Source: Lama guanicoe
Taxonomy: Eukaryota
Assembly: GCA_013239625.1 (NCBI GenBank)
Contig: MU053482.1
Span: 2,207,168 to 2,269,167 of the forward strand
Direction of reading: 5' to 3'
DNA length: 62,000 nucleotides
Each line of letters opens with the position of its first letter. Position 1 is the first letter of the stretch. Made by a program: the position numbers and the translations under genes. The notes beneath the pieces are model-generated. The model was not told the DNA's origin and did not search any database. It saw only the letters and a list, made by a program, of their open reading frames with translations. Positions 1 through 12,450 of the stretch are shown piece after piece.

Positions 1-44
1 CGCTTCCAAACTCCTGGGGAAGAGGGTTTATACCTGAAGACATT

Positions 45-290
45 AACAGGTGGTTTGCAAGAGCAAAAATATGTCTTATATGGCCTTCCTTTAATGTTTT
101 TAAAAAACTGAATTAGTTGTCAAACATTTTAAAAATTGTGAGTACATATAAAACACAAATAAAAATTCAGATTCTAGTTTCTCTTGAAAAATTAGAAATC
201 TGCCATCACCATCTACCTTTCTACACGGCAGCAGTTGGCAGTCCATTTAGATGTAGCAAGCTCCCTCCAGTTTACCTCCCTCCCCACCCA
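45..290. mobile_element. hAT-Charlie MITE (MER102-like) fragment
   Basis: AAATTCAGATTCTAGTTTCTCTTGAAAAATTAGAAATCTG resembles the MER102 core. Confidence 0.55.
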
Positions 291-2600
291 GGCCTACAGC
301 TGGCCAGCTTCACTCAGCTCTGGGCCCTGACTCTCCCAGTCGGCAGCTGAGAGCCACCACCCTAGCCTGGGTCCCAGCAGGGGAGGGTTGCGGGCAGGGC
401 ACCGGAAGCAGCCACACATAGCATCCTGGGGGGCTGGGCTTGAGGAGCCCATCCTGGTCAGGACAGTGCCTCTTGGCTGCCCAAAACCCTTCATCTATCC
501 CCCTCACTGACACTGGAGGAGAGGCCCTCTGGAAGGCTCCAAGCTTTCGCTCAGGCCAGCCTTCATCCTGCAATGCTCTCTCCAGCCCCCTCAGCACTCC
601 CTCTCGCTACAATCCAGTCTCATCACCTGATCCACAGACGCTCTCTCCAAGGTCTGAGAAGGGACCCATTAGAGACCAGTCTCTGAAAGGAGCTTCTTAT
701 AAGGAGTGCCCAGCCTCTGAGAATGAACCTTCCTAGAGCAACAAACAGTTTTCCCTTGTTTAGGTGACATTTCTAAATGTGTGGTACTTTTCTGGAGGCT
801 TAATTATGGTCCACCCTGCCCCTGAGGAAGGAGGCATGTGAACCCTGAGGGCGATGAGGAACAGATGCGGCATTTGGAGGAAGTCTCCCGCTGTGCTGGG
901 GTTAACGTCAGTTGTCACGCCGAGGAAACACTGCCAAGCACTTTGCTTCTCCGGTTCAGGTAAGAAGTCGACACACCGACCAAAGAGACCTCTAAACCAC
1001 ACGAGAGAATTTCTCCCGACCCTACATTTCACTAATTTCCTAAGCAATCTCTGGTGCGGAAGTAACAGCGGAGGAAGCAGCGTGGAGGGAAGAAGAAGGC
1101 AGGAGGGGAACTGAGCTCTGCTGTGCCCTGAGAACCTGGTTTCAGCCCACGGACTCTGCGGCTCGCTACAGCAGCGGTCCGCCTGTCCAGGAGTCAGCCT
1201 GCCCAAAGAACACCTCCCCAGACCCGCTTCACCTCCTTATTGACTCCCTCCTGCAGCCTTTCCTCAGCCCTAGGCCCCGCCAGGGGATAAGGAACAGACA
1301 GGCAGCTCCCCTAGAGAAGAGCTTAGGTCTTTCATTTCTTCCTCCAAGAGTCTCTCAGTAACTAATATTGGCACTGTGAAGTTTCAAGGAGGGTCATCGT
1401 TAGAAAGAGCTCCTTCTAAGCACCTAAACCAGAGTTCTCCAAAGCCTGAGCGTTTGATTCTTTCTTTCTCTCCTGCAGGTGCCCCTGGGCTGGGCTGGGC
1501 TGGGTGGGAGGCACTGTGTTTACCCTTCATGGCTCCGCTGCACTAACAGCTCAGGCCTTGCCCTAGCAGCTCACCTGCACAGCCTCTCTGTTCTCTGGTT
1601 TCCTAGGAAACTGAGCCACCCCCCAGGTCTCCTGACATCGTGGCCCACTCTGTCCACCCACAGCTGAGAAAGCCATAGGGCAGTGCCAGTTAGTTCTTCT
1701 CCATGTTTTGAACAATACTCAGAACACGGCAGAAAGTTCTGCACATAAAAGGCACACAAATAAATGTTAACTGACTGGTTAACTGATGGCAAAGGAGGCC
1801 CCCAATGAGTCAAAGGCAAGGAAGACAAAAGGCCCTAGAAATTCTAGCACTGGCATAAGCTTTAAAGGTGCACCTGTTCACTCCCCAAAGTCATGGCTGC
1901 TAAAAAACCAACGGAAGGGAGTTTTCCACCTATAGCTGCCACCCAGCTGGACTGTCAACCACAGGCCTTTTCCTCCCACCCCTCAGCCAATCCTGTCTGT
2001 CTCAAGAGTTTCAACCTCCTCCCTAGTGCCCCTATTATCTTTCAGGACCCTACTGCAACCACAGGTTCTCATCTGACACACCCATGAGGAAAGGCTGTTT
2101 CCGGGAAACTTGCCTTCATCTCATTCATGCAAGCTTTCTTCTCCTCCACCTCCCTTTTTCCTCCTTTCCTGATTCATTTCTCACTGGTTCTCTGCCCACA
2201 ACCTTGTCTTTGGCTCTGTTGTGCCTAAAAATAAGGGATTACAAGGGAAAGGGGAGACAGTGGGCTCAGAGGTTGGGTGGATGGGTATCAAAAGCTTTAA
2301 AATGGAGCCAGGAAGGTTTTTCTCAAGTCTATCCCCTAATTCCCTCCAAGGCGCCCGACACCTTCCCTCGGTCAGTGCTCTGACATACCTTGTACGTTGG
2401 ATCACTTCCATTCCAGCCCCAGGTTCTGAGAGTCTAGGTCCAGAAAGCCCTTCAAGCAAAAATGTCAAGGGGATTATGAGCTGATCACATGGAGTGGAAC
2501 CAAGAGTTGTTTTGCTAAAGACCAGAAGAATTTCCGGGTGTTTTTACAAGTCCCTATGAGGCTGAAATCCTCCTCAACCAGCAACAAAAAAAGATGATTT

Positions 2601-2624
2601 TTGTTGTTGTTGTTGTTGTTGTTG
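2601..2624 (+). repeat. (TTG)8 microsatellite
   Basis: Direct reading. Confidence 0.95.
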
Positions 2625-3559
2625 AATAATAACCAGAAAAAAATTAAGCTCTATTTCCATCTCTTCACTGTCCACTTATCAACTCCCACATCCTCTTTCC
2701 CAATTCTCCTCCCCAAAGAGGCCTTTAAGTTTGAGTTTTCAACCTCAACCATTTCAATCTCTTTTCCTGCCAGATGGTCCTTCTCCACTTCAGTACAGAT
2801 TCTATGGAGGTTTGAAGCTGGGTTTAAATATTTCCTGAAAGCCTGAAATGGGGTGAGGGCTCGTTGGGCAATTCCAGGCCAAAGGAAATCTGGTTGCTTC
2901 CAAGACAGTTTTAAAAACCTAGACATAGCTGTTTCTGCCAGACTCTCAGCCTCTCAGCAAGCGGCTTAACCCAGCTCTGCCAGGATGATGGAGCCCACTC
3001 TGTCCCCAGATCAGAGGTCCAGTCCACCCTGCAGAGCCCTGCCCTCTTTCACTTTGGCAAGAAGAACCCGGTGGGTCCTGTAATCAGGATGATTCCAAGG
3101 CCGCAGACCTATCTCACACGAGTGCCTTCCCTAGGCCACTCACAGCAGGCTGCCACGTCCTGCACATGCCAGGAATGTTCATGCCTCCAAGCTTTCATTC
3201 AGCCAATTCCTTCCATCTTCAAGTCCTCCACCCACACTGCTTCTTAAATACCCAGTTCAAATGTCAACTTCTTTCTGAAGCCTTTTCTGATACTAAATCT
3301 TGACCTCATTCTCACCCTTCCCATGCTTTTCAGCCTAGCTGAACTCAAGATGCCTGCCCTGCTCCAGGAAAACACACCACCCACAAGCTGACTTAGAAGA
3401 TGAAGGAAATAGGAAGGGTTAAAGTGACAGAGCCAGTCTGGATACCTCAGTTTCCTATCTGCAGCAAAGGAAGGATACCCCACCTATAATGAGAACATGA
3501 AGACCAGTAAGAAGCCATGTATAAAAAAACAGAAGACACTCAGAACCAAGAGGGAACAC

Positions 3560-4255
3560 ACTTGAAGCCTTTGGGCCAAGAGTTTAACTTTCCTCCAACT
3601 CTCAGCCTCAAGACTTCTTTCCTTGTCCTCACTCTCTTAGCCGAATTTGTTTCCTATTTCACTGAGAAAATAGACAATCATAATGGACCCTCAATAAACT
3701 ACCACCATCACATTCACCACCACTGGCAACAGTGCAGATCTTGTCACTTCTCTGCTCAAAACCCTAACGTGGTTCCAATTGTTCAAAGCAAGAGCCAAAA
3801 AATGACCTACAAGGTCTTCATCATCTGGGTCCCAATGACATCTCTGACCTCATTTCAACTACTCTTTCCCCACCAGCGACACTGACTCCTTATCATTTCC
3901 TCTGATACACAGGCACATTCCAACTCCGGGCCTCCAGACCTGCTGTCTCCTGTACCTGGAGCATACTCCACTGAGAGAGCCTGCTCCCTCATCCCCCAAG
4001 TCTCTGGTCAGACATCATCTTCTTACTGAAGCTCTTAAAAAAACCTTCCTCTACCCCACAGCCCCCTCAGCACTCCTGCTCTCCCTTTTTCTGTTTACCA
4101 TAGCATTTATCACCATCTAACATTTTGCTTTTCTTTCTGCAATTTATTTACCATATTTATATATATAGGGATTTTTGTTTTTGTTCACAGCTGTACCCTC
4201 AGTGCCTAGGACAGACCCTGGTGCACAGTAGGCCCTCAATAAATATTTTTTAATG
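3560..4255 (+). mobile_element. LINE2 3' fragment
   Basis: TTCCTATTTCACTGAGAAAAT, CTCTGCTCAAAACCCT, and 3' terminus CAGTAGGCCCTCAATAAATATTT. Confidence 0.7.
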
Positions 4256-4919
4256 AGAAAACAACTGCCATCAGCTCAGAGTGGTCCCACCTTGAGAGAG
4301 TGAGCAGCTCCACCATCCAGGCCCATCTTCCAACCCCACCAGCCTTCCCAGTTCACAGTCTGACCTACCTGCAGCAAGCACACCCACTCAGAAAATTCAA
4401 AAGGGGGCCACATCCTCCAAACACCCAAAAGATTCAGTGCAAGGGCAGCTTTAGCCCAAGAACAACTGAAAGTGCTCTCCGCAAAGATTACATTACATTC
4501 TTAATATATTACATTATATTCTTATTATAAAGTGCAAGGGTCCTTCTCTGAAGTTGCATGAATTTTAAGACCTTCCTTTCCTGATGTCTACTGTTTAGAC
4601 ACTACTGATCAGCCCTCTCGGAAGCACTGTAAGGTAGTTAACTCTAAATCTGCAGCATACTCTCTGGGGGGAGCATTTCACAATCTCCCTGGAAAATCTT
4701 TCTGCTCAACAAAAGAGGGCACAGCTTAAGAAAAGGTGGGGAAATACCATCAGAGAAGAAGAAACAGAGACACAAGGGTGGGCACCTAAGACTTCCATTT
4801 GTTTACTTACTTGAACCCTTTGAGGGCACCTTCCCAGCCAGGCCCCCATGCTACTGTGCTACGCTCTGGTCCTTGCCCTTGAGCAGTTCCCCATCCTGCC
4901 TGAGACAGACAAGTAAAGA

Positions 4920-5130
4920 AAAGGTTCTGGTACAATGTAACTAGAGCTGTGACAGAAGTATGAACACAGAGCTCTGAGAGCAAGGAGAAGGACATCTAAT
5001 CAGGTGGACAGGGTGGATATGGGGGAGAGCTTCCACAGGAGACAGGAAGTGACACTGGGCTGAGTCTTGCATGACTTGTAGAAGATAAAGAAGGCAGAAG
5101 ATAAAGAAGGCAGAAGAACACTGCAAACAG
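4920..5130 (-). mobile_element. LINE2 fragment
   Basis: Purine-rich antisense L2 motifs (AGCTTCCACAGGAG...GTGACACTGGGCTGAGTCTTG). Confidence 0.5.
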
Positions 5131-5162
5131 AAAAAAAGAAAAAAAAAAGTAAAAGCTAAGGT

Positions 5163-5300
5163 GGGGGAAGGATATAGCTCAGTGGTAGAGTCCATGCTTA
5201 GTGTGCACAAAGTCCTGGGTTCAATCCCCAGTACCTCCATTAAATAAACAAATAAGTAAAATAAAAACCTAATTACCCTCCTCCTAAGAAAAAAAAAAAA
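5163..5300 (+). mobile_element. tRNA-derived SINE (camelid Vic-1-like)
   Basis: A box TAGCTCAGTGG 5175-5185, B box GGTTCAATCC 5218-5227, AT-rich body with CCTAATTACC, A tail; TSD AAAAGCTAAGG (5151-5161)/AAAAGCCAAGG (5297-5307). Confidence 0.9.
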
Positions 5301-5314
5301 GCCAAGGAGATCTT

Positions 5315-5455
5315 GAAGCAAGCCTCAGATTTCTTGAACAGGATACAAAAAGCAACCACCATAATGTAAACTATTGATAAATTAAATAAGAACACTAAAT
5401 AAGAACTCTGTTCATGAAAAAATACCATTTAGAGAGTGAAAAAGGAAGCTTCAGA
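5315..5455 (+). mobile_element. Old L1 ORF2 fragment
   Basis: AGATTTCTTGAACAGGATACAAAAAGCA...ATTGATAAATT...CTCTGTTCATGAAAAATACCATT, typical of L1M ORF2. Confidence 0.6.
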
Positions 5456-5649
5456 GTGAGTGCACAGGTTACAGAGCTCTGCAGATTTGGGAACATCAGA
5501 TCACAGAGCAAAGTTTTCAAGAAGAAGGGTAACTCTCAACCTTCAGATCTTGGACAGAACCATTAGGGCTGGATTTCTCTTTGGAGAAAAGTCTCAGTTT
5601 TGGAAGGTAGTAGAAGAAAGTGCATGTGTACAGCCAGGCTCTGCTGCTT

Positions 5650-5770
5650 CTAAGTATGCATTTATCTCATTAACATAGCTGACATTATCTCTATTTCACA
5701 GACAAAGAAACTGAGGTTCAGGTAAGCAATTTGCCCAGGGTTTCATAGTAAGTGGCAGATCCCAGAGTCT
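5650..5770 (-). mobile_element. MIR SINE
   Basis: Core TTTCACAGACAAAGAAACTGAGGTTCAG...TTGCCCAGGG. Confidence 0.65.
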
Positions 5771-6261
5771 GGAGGGGTTGGCACTGAGCTCTATAATTGA
5801 AACCAGAGCACATAAGTCCTTTGGTCTCTGTCATATCTTGCGGCAGGACGCCATCTTCCATCCCAAGTAAACCCCTGCAGCCCTGCTCTGTCTGGACAGT
5901 TAAAAAAGGATATTGGCAGTGGTCTCATGCCTGGCCTGCAAATTCTTGGTGTTAAAATCCCATTTTCTGTAAGCCATCCAGTTCAGAGGGCCCCGAATCA
6001 ACACAAAATGAATATAAGAGATGCTCCTCTCTTGCTGATCTTCAGGCCTTTTCTCCTTATCATTTTTCCCTATCTGGGGATGGAGGCACAAACACAGAAA
6101 TCCTGGTCAAAGAAAGGCCCTCCCCTAAAAATGCAGTCCCACTGGTACTGAGACTGAAGATAAGGGGAGTCCGTCCACCCATCTGTCCAACTTCTTTAAG
6201 GGTTATGATGAGAACAGAATTTGCCTCTTTTTCCTCCTTTAAATAAAGTGCTACCTGGCTT

Positions 6262-7085
6262 CTGTGGCTCAGCCTGTGTGCTGAGGTGCCCTAGAGCACC
6301 GCAGTGAGCTCACAGAAGTGATGCAAGAGACTTTAACTGTTTGAGGGAAATAAGAGCAATATTCAACATTTGTCAGACACCCTCTGAGTTCACAGTTTTA
6401 ACATTAGATTGCTCTACATTCTTTTCAATGATGTTATTTCTTTATGAAGCTGGGCTTTCAGCAGCTGCTGTGATAAAAAGCAATAACCATGTGAAAAGCA
6501 GTATAGAACAGGAACTGGGGATGGCAGTATTCAATTCAATGATTCCAAGATGTGAGATGCTGTGCAGTGCTCTGTACATTCCGTAAGTTAGTGACTGTGA
6601 TTATTTAAGAATGAAATTAAAATATTTTGAAATGAAATTGATGTGCAATATTACGCTAGTTTCAGGTGTAGCACATAGTGATTTGATATTTGCATACATT
6701 ATGGAATGATCACCACGATAAGCCTGGTAACCATCTGTCCCCATACACAGTTATTACAGTATTATTGACCATATTCCTTATGCTGTATATTACATCCTCA
6801 GGAGTTATGTATTATATATAACAGGGGGTTTATACCTCTTAATCCCCCTTCACCTCTTTCACCCACCCCCCAACCCTCCTCTAAAAATATGTTTCCTTTC
6901 AATTTATGTGTATAATTTTTTCAAATGCCTACTCAGTTATTAAGATATAAGCACTTACTAAGTAGTTTACATCTGAATACTTAATAAATAAAACTTAGGT
7001 TATTTCTTTTGGCCTATGGGCACTGTGAAAAATTACTAAAACACTAAATAAAGATCCACGAACTGAGAAAGTCTGGAAACCACTG
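6262..7085 (+). mobile_element. hAT-Charlie DNA transposon deletion derivative with transposase C-terminal remnant, interrupted by L1
   Basis: ORF 6341-6586 gives LYEAGLSAAAVIKSNNHVKSSIEQELGMAV...MIPRCEMLCSA, matching the hAT dimerisation-domain pattern YLCEAGFS..IKSKYR; 3' end GAAAGTCTGGAAACCACTG. Confidence 0.75.
6628..6881 (-). mobile_element. L1 3'UTR fragment nested in the Charlie element
   Basis: GTTTCAGGTGTAGCACATAGTGATTTG...ACCATCTGTCCCCATACACAGTTATTAC; AAAATAT at both flanks (6619-6625, 6884-6890) as a probable TSD. Confidence 0.75.
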
Positions 7086-7093
7086 CAACAGGA

Positions 7094-7262
7094 TTTTTTT
7101 TTTCGTATATATATTTTCATTGATTGAAGTATAGTCATTTTACAATGTGCCAATTTCTGGTGTTCAGCATAATGCTTCAGTCATACATGAACATATAGTC
7201 ATTTTCATATTTTTCACCGTAAGTTACTACAAGATATTGAATATAGTTCCCTGTGCTATACG
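7094..7262 (-). mobile_element. Younger lineage-specific L1 3' end
   Basis: PolyT then TTGAAGTATAGTC...TTACTACAAGATATTGAATATAGTTCCCTGTGCTATAC. Confidence 0.8.
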
Positions 7263-8289
7263 CAGCAGGTGTCTTTAAGTCTCTGTGTCAAGCAGCTGAG
7301 GAGGAGTTCCCAGGGCAGGCCCAACCCTGCCCAGCAGGCGGGCAGCTAGCACTCAGGCCAGTGGACGGCACACTCAGGCTTCCACTGCAGCTGACAGAGC
7401 ACCAGCTCCTTCTCAGTCCAGAGGCTGTGCACATCTGCATCAGCTTTACCCCAGGCTCCCAGGCGCCCCTCTGAACTCCCTTCCTGAAAAGCTCTATTCA
7501 GCACAGACCTCATGAATAAAACCCAAGCCAGCCCAGAAGCCAGCCGGCCAGCAGGGGACTTCCACACAGGCTCAGGCTTGGGCAATGGCCACAAACCCAG
7601 CCATTAATCCACACAGGGAGGGAACGATGGGAATCTGGGAGCGGGTGTCCACTGACAGCCCATCCACTGACTGAATGGCCAAATGGGCTTTCTGGGTGAA
7701 GATCTGCATGAAAATGACACCTTTGTTCACAAGGGGTTTCTTGCCTAAAACACAGCCTCCCTCAATTCTTCCCTGAAGTCATAATCCTCTGTTGGTGACA
7801 TCACAGCTGTTGATACAATAGCCAACTGTTGTGATGTCACAAGACTCAACTTTAGTCATTTTTGGTGGGGAGTGGGGTGAGACAATGTGACAAAGGGCTG
7901 GAAGAGAATAAAGTTATAGAACTGGAATTCGCTTTTTCATGCTAATTTTCCTGGTAATGAAGGGCAATGACTCAGAAAAGGCCAGGCAAGCCAGCCACTG
8001 GCAGCAAGGCTGTATGTAGATCCATCTATACCAAGGGGAGAGGGGCGGGGTGGGGGAGCGCTAAGGCAGAAAGGGCACAAAACGGAGTTTTCAATTCCAG
8101 GATTAGCCAGACATGAATATGTTCTCAGTCTGGTCAAGTCCAGGACTGTCTCTTTCCATTATCCATCGTCTGAGCCCAGAGGAAGCAGAGGAAAGCTGGA
8201 ATCCAGGAAAGGCTCCAGGCTGGAATGTTCCCTGGAGATTAATGTTCGGGATATTGCACTGACTGGACTCCACACTGTCAGAAGGACAG

Positions 8290-8500
8290 ACTCAGTTTGG
8301 ACTGCACCCTAAGGATAGTGACCAGGCTGGAGAGGGCACTCAGAGGCAAGTCACAGGAGAAATGACTAAAGGAACTGAGAATGTTTTCCCTGGAGAAGAG
8401 AAGGCTGTGGATGTAGAAGGCGGATAATTGCCTTAAGAATTCTGAAAGGCTCTCATGTGAAAAAGGGATTAGATATGTTTTCTATGGTCCCCCAAAGAGA
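8290..8500 (+). mobile_element. L3/CR1 LINE fragment (3' tail piece near 8905-8945)
   Basis: AAGGAACTGAGAATGTTTTCCCTGGAGAAGAGAAGGCTG (KEL.MFSLEKRRL, CR1 ORF2 C-terminus); AAGGTCCTTTTCAAC...GATTC CR1 3' end. Confidence 0.7.
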
Positions 8501-8599
8501 TCTCAGAAAATAAGAAGATCTAGAATGGCCAAAATGAGAGAGAATTTCTTATTCTTAAATTCCAATTAGAGACCATAAGTTCTTTTTAATTCCTAACTT

Positions 8600-8850
8600 C
8601 TCAATTACAGACTAGGCTCTTGAGGACAAAGAATGTCTTGTTGACTATAGTATACCCCAGAATTCTGATTAAGTGGCACATAGTAGGAACTTAATAATAT
8701 TTGTCAAATGAATAAACAAGTGAAGCGAGGATAGTGGTCTGCTGAAGGGACTCACTCATTCAATAAGTATTTTTTTAACCCCTATCACATGCCACTCACT
8801 CAGTTAAGTTAAGATGCTGGGGATACAACAGTGAGAGAAGCAGGTAAGGT
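8600..8850. mobile_element. Two LINE2 3' ends in opposite orientation
   Basis: + strand GGCACATAGTAGGAACTTAATAATATTTGTCAAATGAAT; minus-oriented CACTCATTCAATAAGTATT...GATGCTGGGGATACAACAGTGA. Confidence 0.6.
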
Positions 8851-9419
8851 CAGTGGTCTCCCCCCGCACCCCCTGCCCCACCCTTGCTCTGCAGATTAGC
8901 ACAGGTGGCATGTAAGGTCCTTTTCAACAATGAGATTCCTTGATTCTTAGAGATGACTGAAATATTTAAAACTGAGAGGAAAGAGGACCCCCAAAGCCAC
9001 AGATAAACCCTACCTACCACCACTGCTACTATTTACAAGCCTAGAAATCTAGACCAAGCTAAGGCTGCCTTCTCAGCTGGAGAGAGGCCTCATGCTGAGA
9101 CAGCCCCTATGGTGGACTAGACCAGACCACCCGGGCTGGGCATTTTATCAAAGCGCCCCAAACCCTCTAGACAAGACAAAGTGGGCTCCTATGTGAACCT
9201 GGGCTCCCTCAGCCCAGCAATAGATAAGCATGGTCCAGTTAGGTAAAATGAGGTATTTCAGATACCCTCACTTCTCTAAGGAACTTCCCCAGGAGTGAAT
9301 TATCCTACTGGGGGCTATCTGAATGACAACGTAGTAACTACAGAGCAATTTTCAAGGAAATAATTCCAAGATACTCTATTTTTTTGTGCTGGGGATATAG
9401 ATTTGGTTCCAACTTCTGA

Positions 9420-9760
9420 GGGTATGAGAGTCAAACTTTAGGTAATGAAACAGATGATTTAACAATAACGATACACAATATACCAGATACACAATATACA
9501 CAGACCTTAATCTCTTCAAAGTAGTCCTTAGAGGCCTGAATGTTTGTTCTAATACATTCTCAAAACATTCCTGAAATTCCTGTTTGGAAATTGCCCTCAG
9601 AGACTTTGGAACATTATCCGAATTTTCTCTGAAGGAAACTGCATCCGTCAAGGGTGCTAACTCACTCAGAGCCGTGTGACAAGAGAGAGGACAAACTAAA
9701 GAAGAGCATCTTGGGTGAGAATAAGTAGTAATTGTCAAGTACACTGCGGGGCTGTCACAA
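9420..9760 (-). mobile_element. Mariner-derived element (MARNA-like)
   Basis: Minus-strand SELAP...SLRAISKQEFQECFE and GGACTACTTTGAAG (DYFE) match the mariner transposase C-terminus (PDLAP...AIPKEEFQKCFE...GDYFE). Confidence 0.65.
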
Positions 9761-11469
9761 CAAAAAGGGCGCATTGTGAGACTGCCCCAGATCTCCGCTC
9801 TTTAGAGCACAGCCACTGTTACTCACTGCGAGGTCACAGAGCCCTGTGGGTATCTAATAAACCCCAAGAGCTTCCACAGAAAATTTCTAAATTTCTAAGA
9901 AATTTCTGTCTGCCATTTTAGGGGGTTCACAAGCTCCCAAAGTTCCTCCACAGACTCATTTTAAGAATCCTCGTCCTGATCCATTTCACCTTCCCGGTAA
10001 GTGCACCGGTAGTTCTGAAGGGAGACCTACAGAGCGCAGCAGGCACGCTGACGCTGGGCACTAGAAGGGGCTCACCGGCAGCGAGGCACCTGCTTCCCGA
10101 GTCCTTGCAGCGCTGTTTCAAACCTGCATGCCAGCAATTTACACACTACCACATACCACAGGCCTTTAGGAGTGTTAGAAATAGATAAAGCCAAAAATAT
10201 CAGACTCACAAATGCCAAAGATCCGGAGACTAAATGTGACATTTTCTAATGTGGTTTGTAAACTGGTGCAGAAGACAATCCCAAAGAGGAATCACATGTA
10301 CCTTCAGTGACCACCCTTGTTTAGCTGTGTAAGTGCACATATAAAGAGCAAGCTGTGGTCATATTCCCCCCTTTCCCCAAGTCCTCTGTCTCCCTGTGGG
10401 AAGCATGGGGAATATGCCTCCTGCTTGCTTCAGGGCCAGCCAGCATGCTCACCAAACAGCTCCCAACATACTAAAAGCCACCCAAGTCACATCTGACTCA
10501 CGCCACTGCTCTCTGTAATGAGGTATGACATGTATCTAAGCTCTTGTATATTTTCACATTTGTAGCCTACAATTAGGCATTCTTGAGGGATGTAGCTGAC
10601 TACGGTTCTGTTCGGTGACCTATAATTATTCACACAGGCATCATGGCCAATCCAGGCTTCTGTCAGGCTGGAGGCATGCTGAGCTGAGACCTCAGGGAGG
10701 AGGCTGCTCAGCTTTAGGGAGGTCCAGAGGATACTGGTTCGCGACGGGCCTCAGAGGGCCACATTGCTCTTCCTTGGCTGCACAAGGAGACACTGTCCCC
10801 TCTGACCCTACACCAATATTCCTCATCCACTGCCTGGCTCAGCACAGCTCACTCCCAAGCCCAAAGGCTGGCGCCTCTGTGGGCCCAGTGCCCACAAAAA
10901 CGGACCCCTTCATTGGACACAGTCTCCATTGCAAAAGCAACAGCAATTTAAAGCAACTTCTCAAACTCCCCACAAATTTCTCATCTGAGGAAGAACAGGT
11001 CATACCCAGCAGCCCACAGAATCTAGCAGTCAGTGGACTGCTGTGCATCTGGGCTGCAGGAGCTGACCCAGGCCACCTCTCTGAGCCAGCCTCTCTGTCA
11101 ACAGCTTCAGGGACTCACTGTTCCCAATGGCCCAACAGAGTAATTCTCCCCCTGGCAAACCCCCACCAGCCTGCTTCCCCACTGCTTCCCTGGCTAGGAG
11201 GGAAGGCCTGCTTAGCCCTCAAGATCTGTCTCTGGTGATATTTCACATATATATTTAGCTCCATTAAAAACTGGTTTCTTGATTCTTTAATGGAAGCTCA
11301 AATCCTGATCCTAAATATAATTAAAGTACTGCCACCAGCCAGCCCAGTGCAGCTGGGAAGTACAGCCATGGCCCACACTCAGAGCAGCACACACATTAAC
11401 TATGAGCCCAATACCTCAACCACAATTACTCTGCAAGTTATCCTTCTTCCCCAGCGCTGGCTCCAAGTA

Positions 11470-11800
11470 CTTGAGAGTGCTTTACACTTTTCAAAAACGC
11501 TTTCACATGCTACCTGAGCTGAGTCTGCCAAACAAACCCCAGAGGTCAAATGCAATAGGTATTTTCCCCATTTTTACCAAAAAGGAGACTGAGGCTCAGG
11601 GAGCTTGTCTTGCCCCAAAGTCAGCCAGTAAGTGCAGAACCAGGTCTAGAACTACTCTGCAGCTGTGCGACCTCAGTTCTTCATACATCAGCAATTAACA
11701 GTAACTACAGGGCTTACTGGGAGAGTGAAAGGGCTAAAATACGAAAAGTACTCACAGTAAGGACCTGTTGTCACTGTTGCTGTTGTTCTTACTACTAAGA
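11470..11800. mobile_element. Two adjacent MIRs (minus ~11470-11660, plus ~11660-11800)
   Basis: CCCATTTTTACC...GAGACTGAGGCTCAG; CCTCAGTTCTTCATACATC...AAAGTACTCACAG. Confidence 0.55.
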
Positions 11801-12154
11801 GTATTATTGCCACCACCACCCAGAATCCCAATTCCAAGTCTAAAGCTCTTCTCTCCATCCTTCTCCGACCTTGCAAGGATAATTCAGGAGGCACTTTCAT
11901 CTAACCTTGAGGGAGTCCAGCCCTAGTCCCTGCAATCTGCCTATGGAACTTAAAATCCACTGGGTGCTCTATCTTACCTCTCCACAAACTCCCCCTGCTT
12001 TTGTGAGCACACGCATACACATATACACCACCTTTTCTGCAAGCCTGACTCTCTCATCTGCTGGCCTCCAACGTCACTTATGCTTTGTTAGCTACCATTC
12101 TGTGTCTTGCTCTGCCTGCACTACCCAGTTTTTCTTTCATTTGGTTGCTTTCTT

Positions 12155-12450
12155 CAACAATCATTTTTAATGAGCATCTACTATTTACCAAGCCCTGGGG
12201 GAACATTCCTTGCCCTCCAAATACACCAATGAGAAGTGCAGGAAGAATGGGATGCACAAAGCGGGGTGACAGCACAGAGGGGCCAGAAAATAACTGTTGG
12301 AGGGCAGCACATCAGAGCTCAGAAAAGCAACGCTGAAATGAGTTTTAGAGAGTGATCAGAGTTTTCTGGACAGACAAAGGGAGAGGAGGACATTCAGAGC
12401 TAAGAGAACAGCACTTACTCAGGGCTGCAAGGCAGAATCACAGAGAATAT
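12155..12450 (-). mobile_element. LINE2 3' fragment
   Basis: CAACAATCATTTTTAATGAGCATCTACTAT followed by purine-rich L2 body. Confidence 0.55.

Noticed and set aside
1141..1160. RE1/REST-like TTCAGCCCACGGACTC
   Set aside because: One-base deletion in the left half-site and mismatches in the right half-site; too weak
5080..5118. Short tandem duplication AGAAGATAAAGAAGGC x2 (and GCCTGAGCAAA x2 near 17184)
   Set aside because: Ordinary slippage duplications; no spacer structure and not CRISPR-like
5163..5236. tRNA-like sequence with A/B boxes
   Set aside because: Has a SINE body, A tail and TSD, so it is a SINE head rather than a tRNA gene (same for the 32927-33062 copy)
10615..11238. 207-aa ORF, plus the other long ORFs (15219-15842, 14055-14645, 17238-17753, 42182-42676)
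   Set aside because: No recognisable domain, composition typical of translated non-coding DNA, often non-ATG starts, and no supporting exon structure
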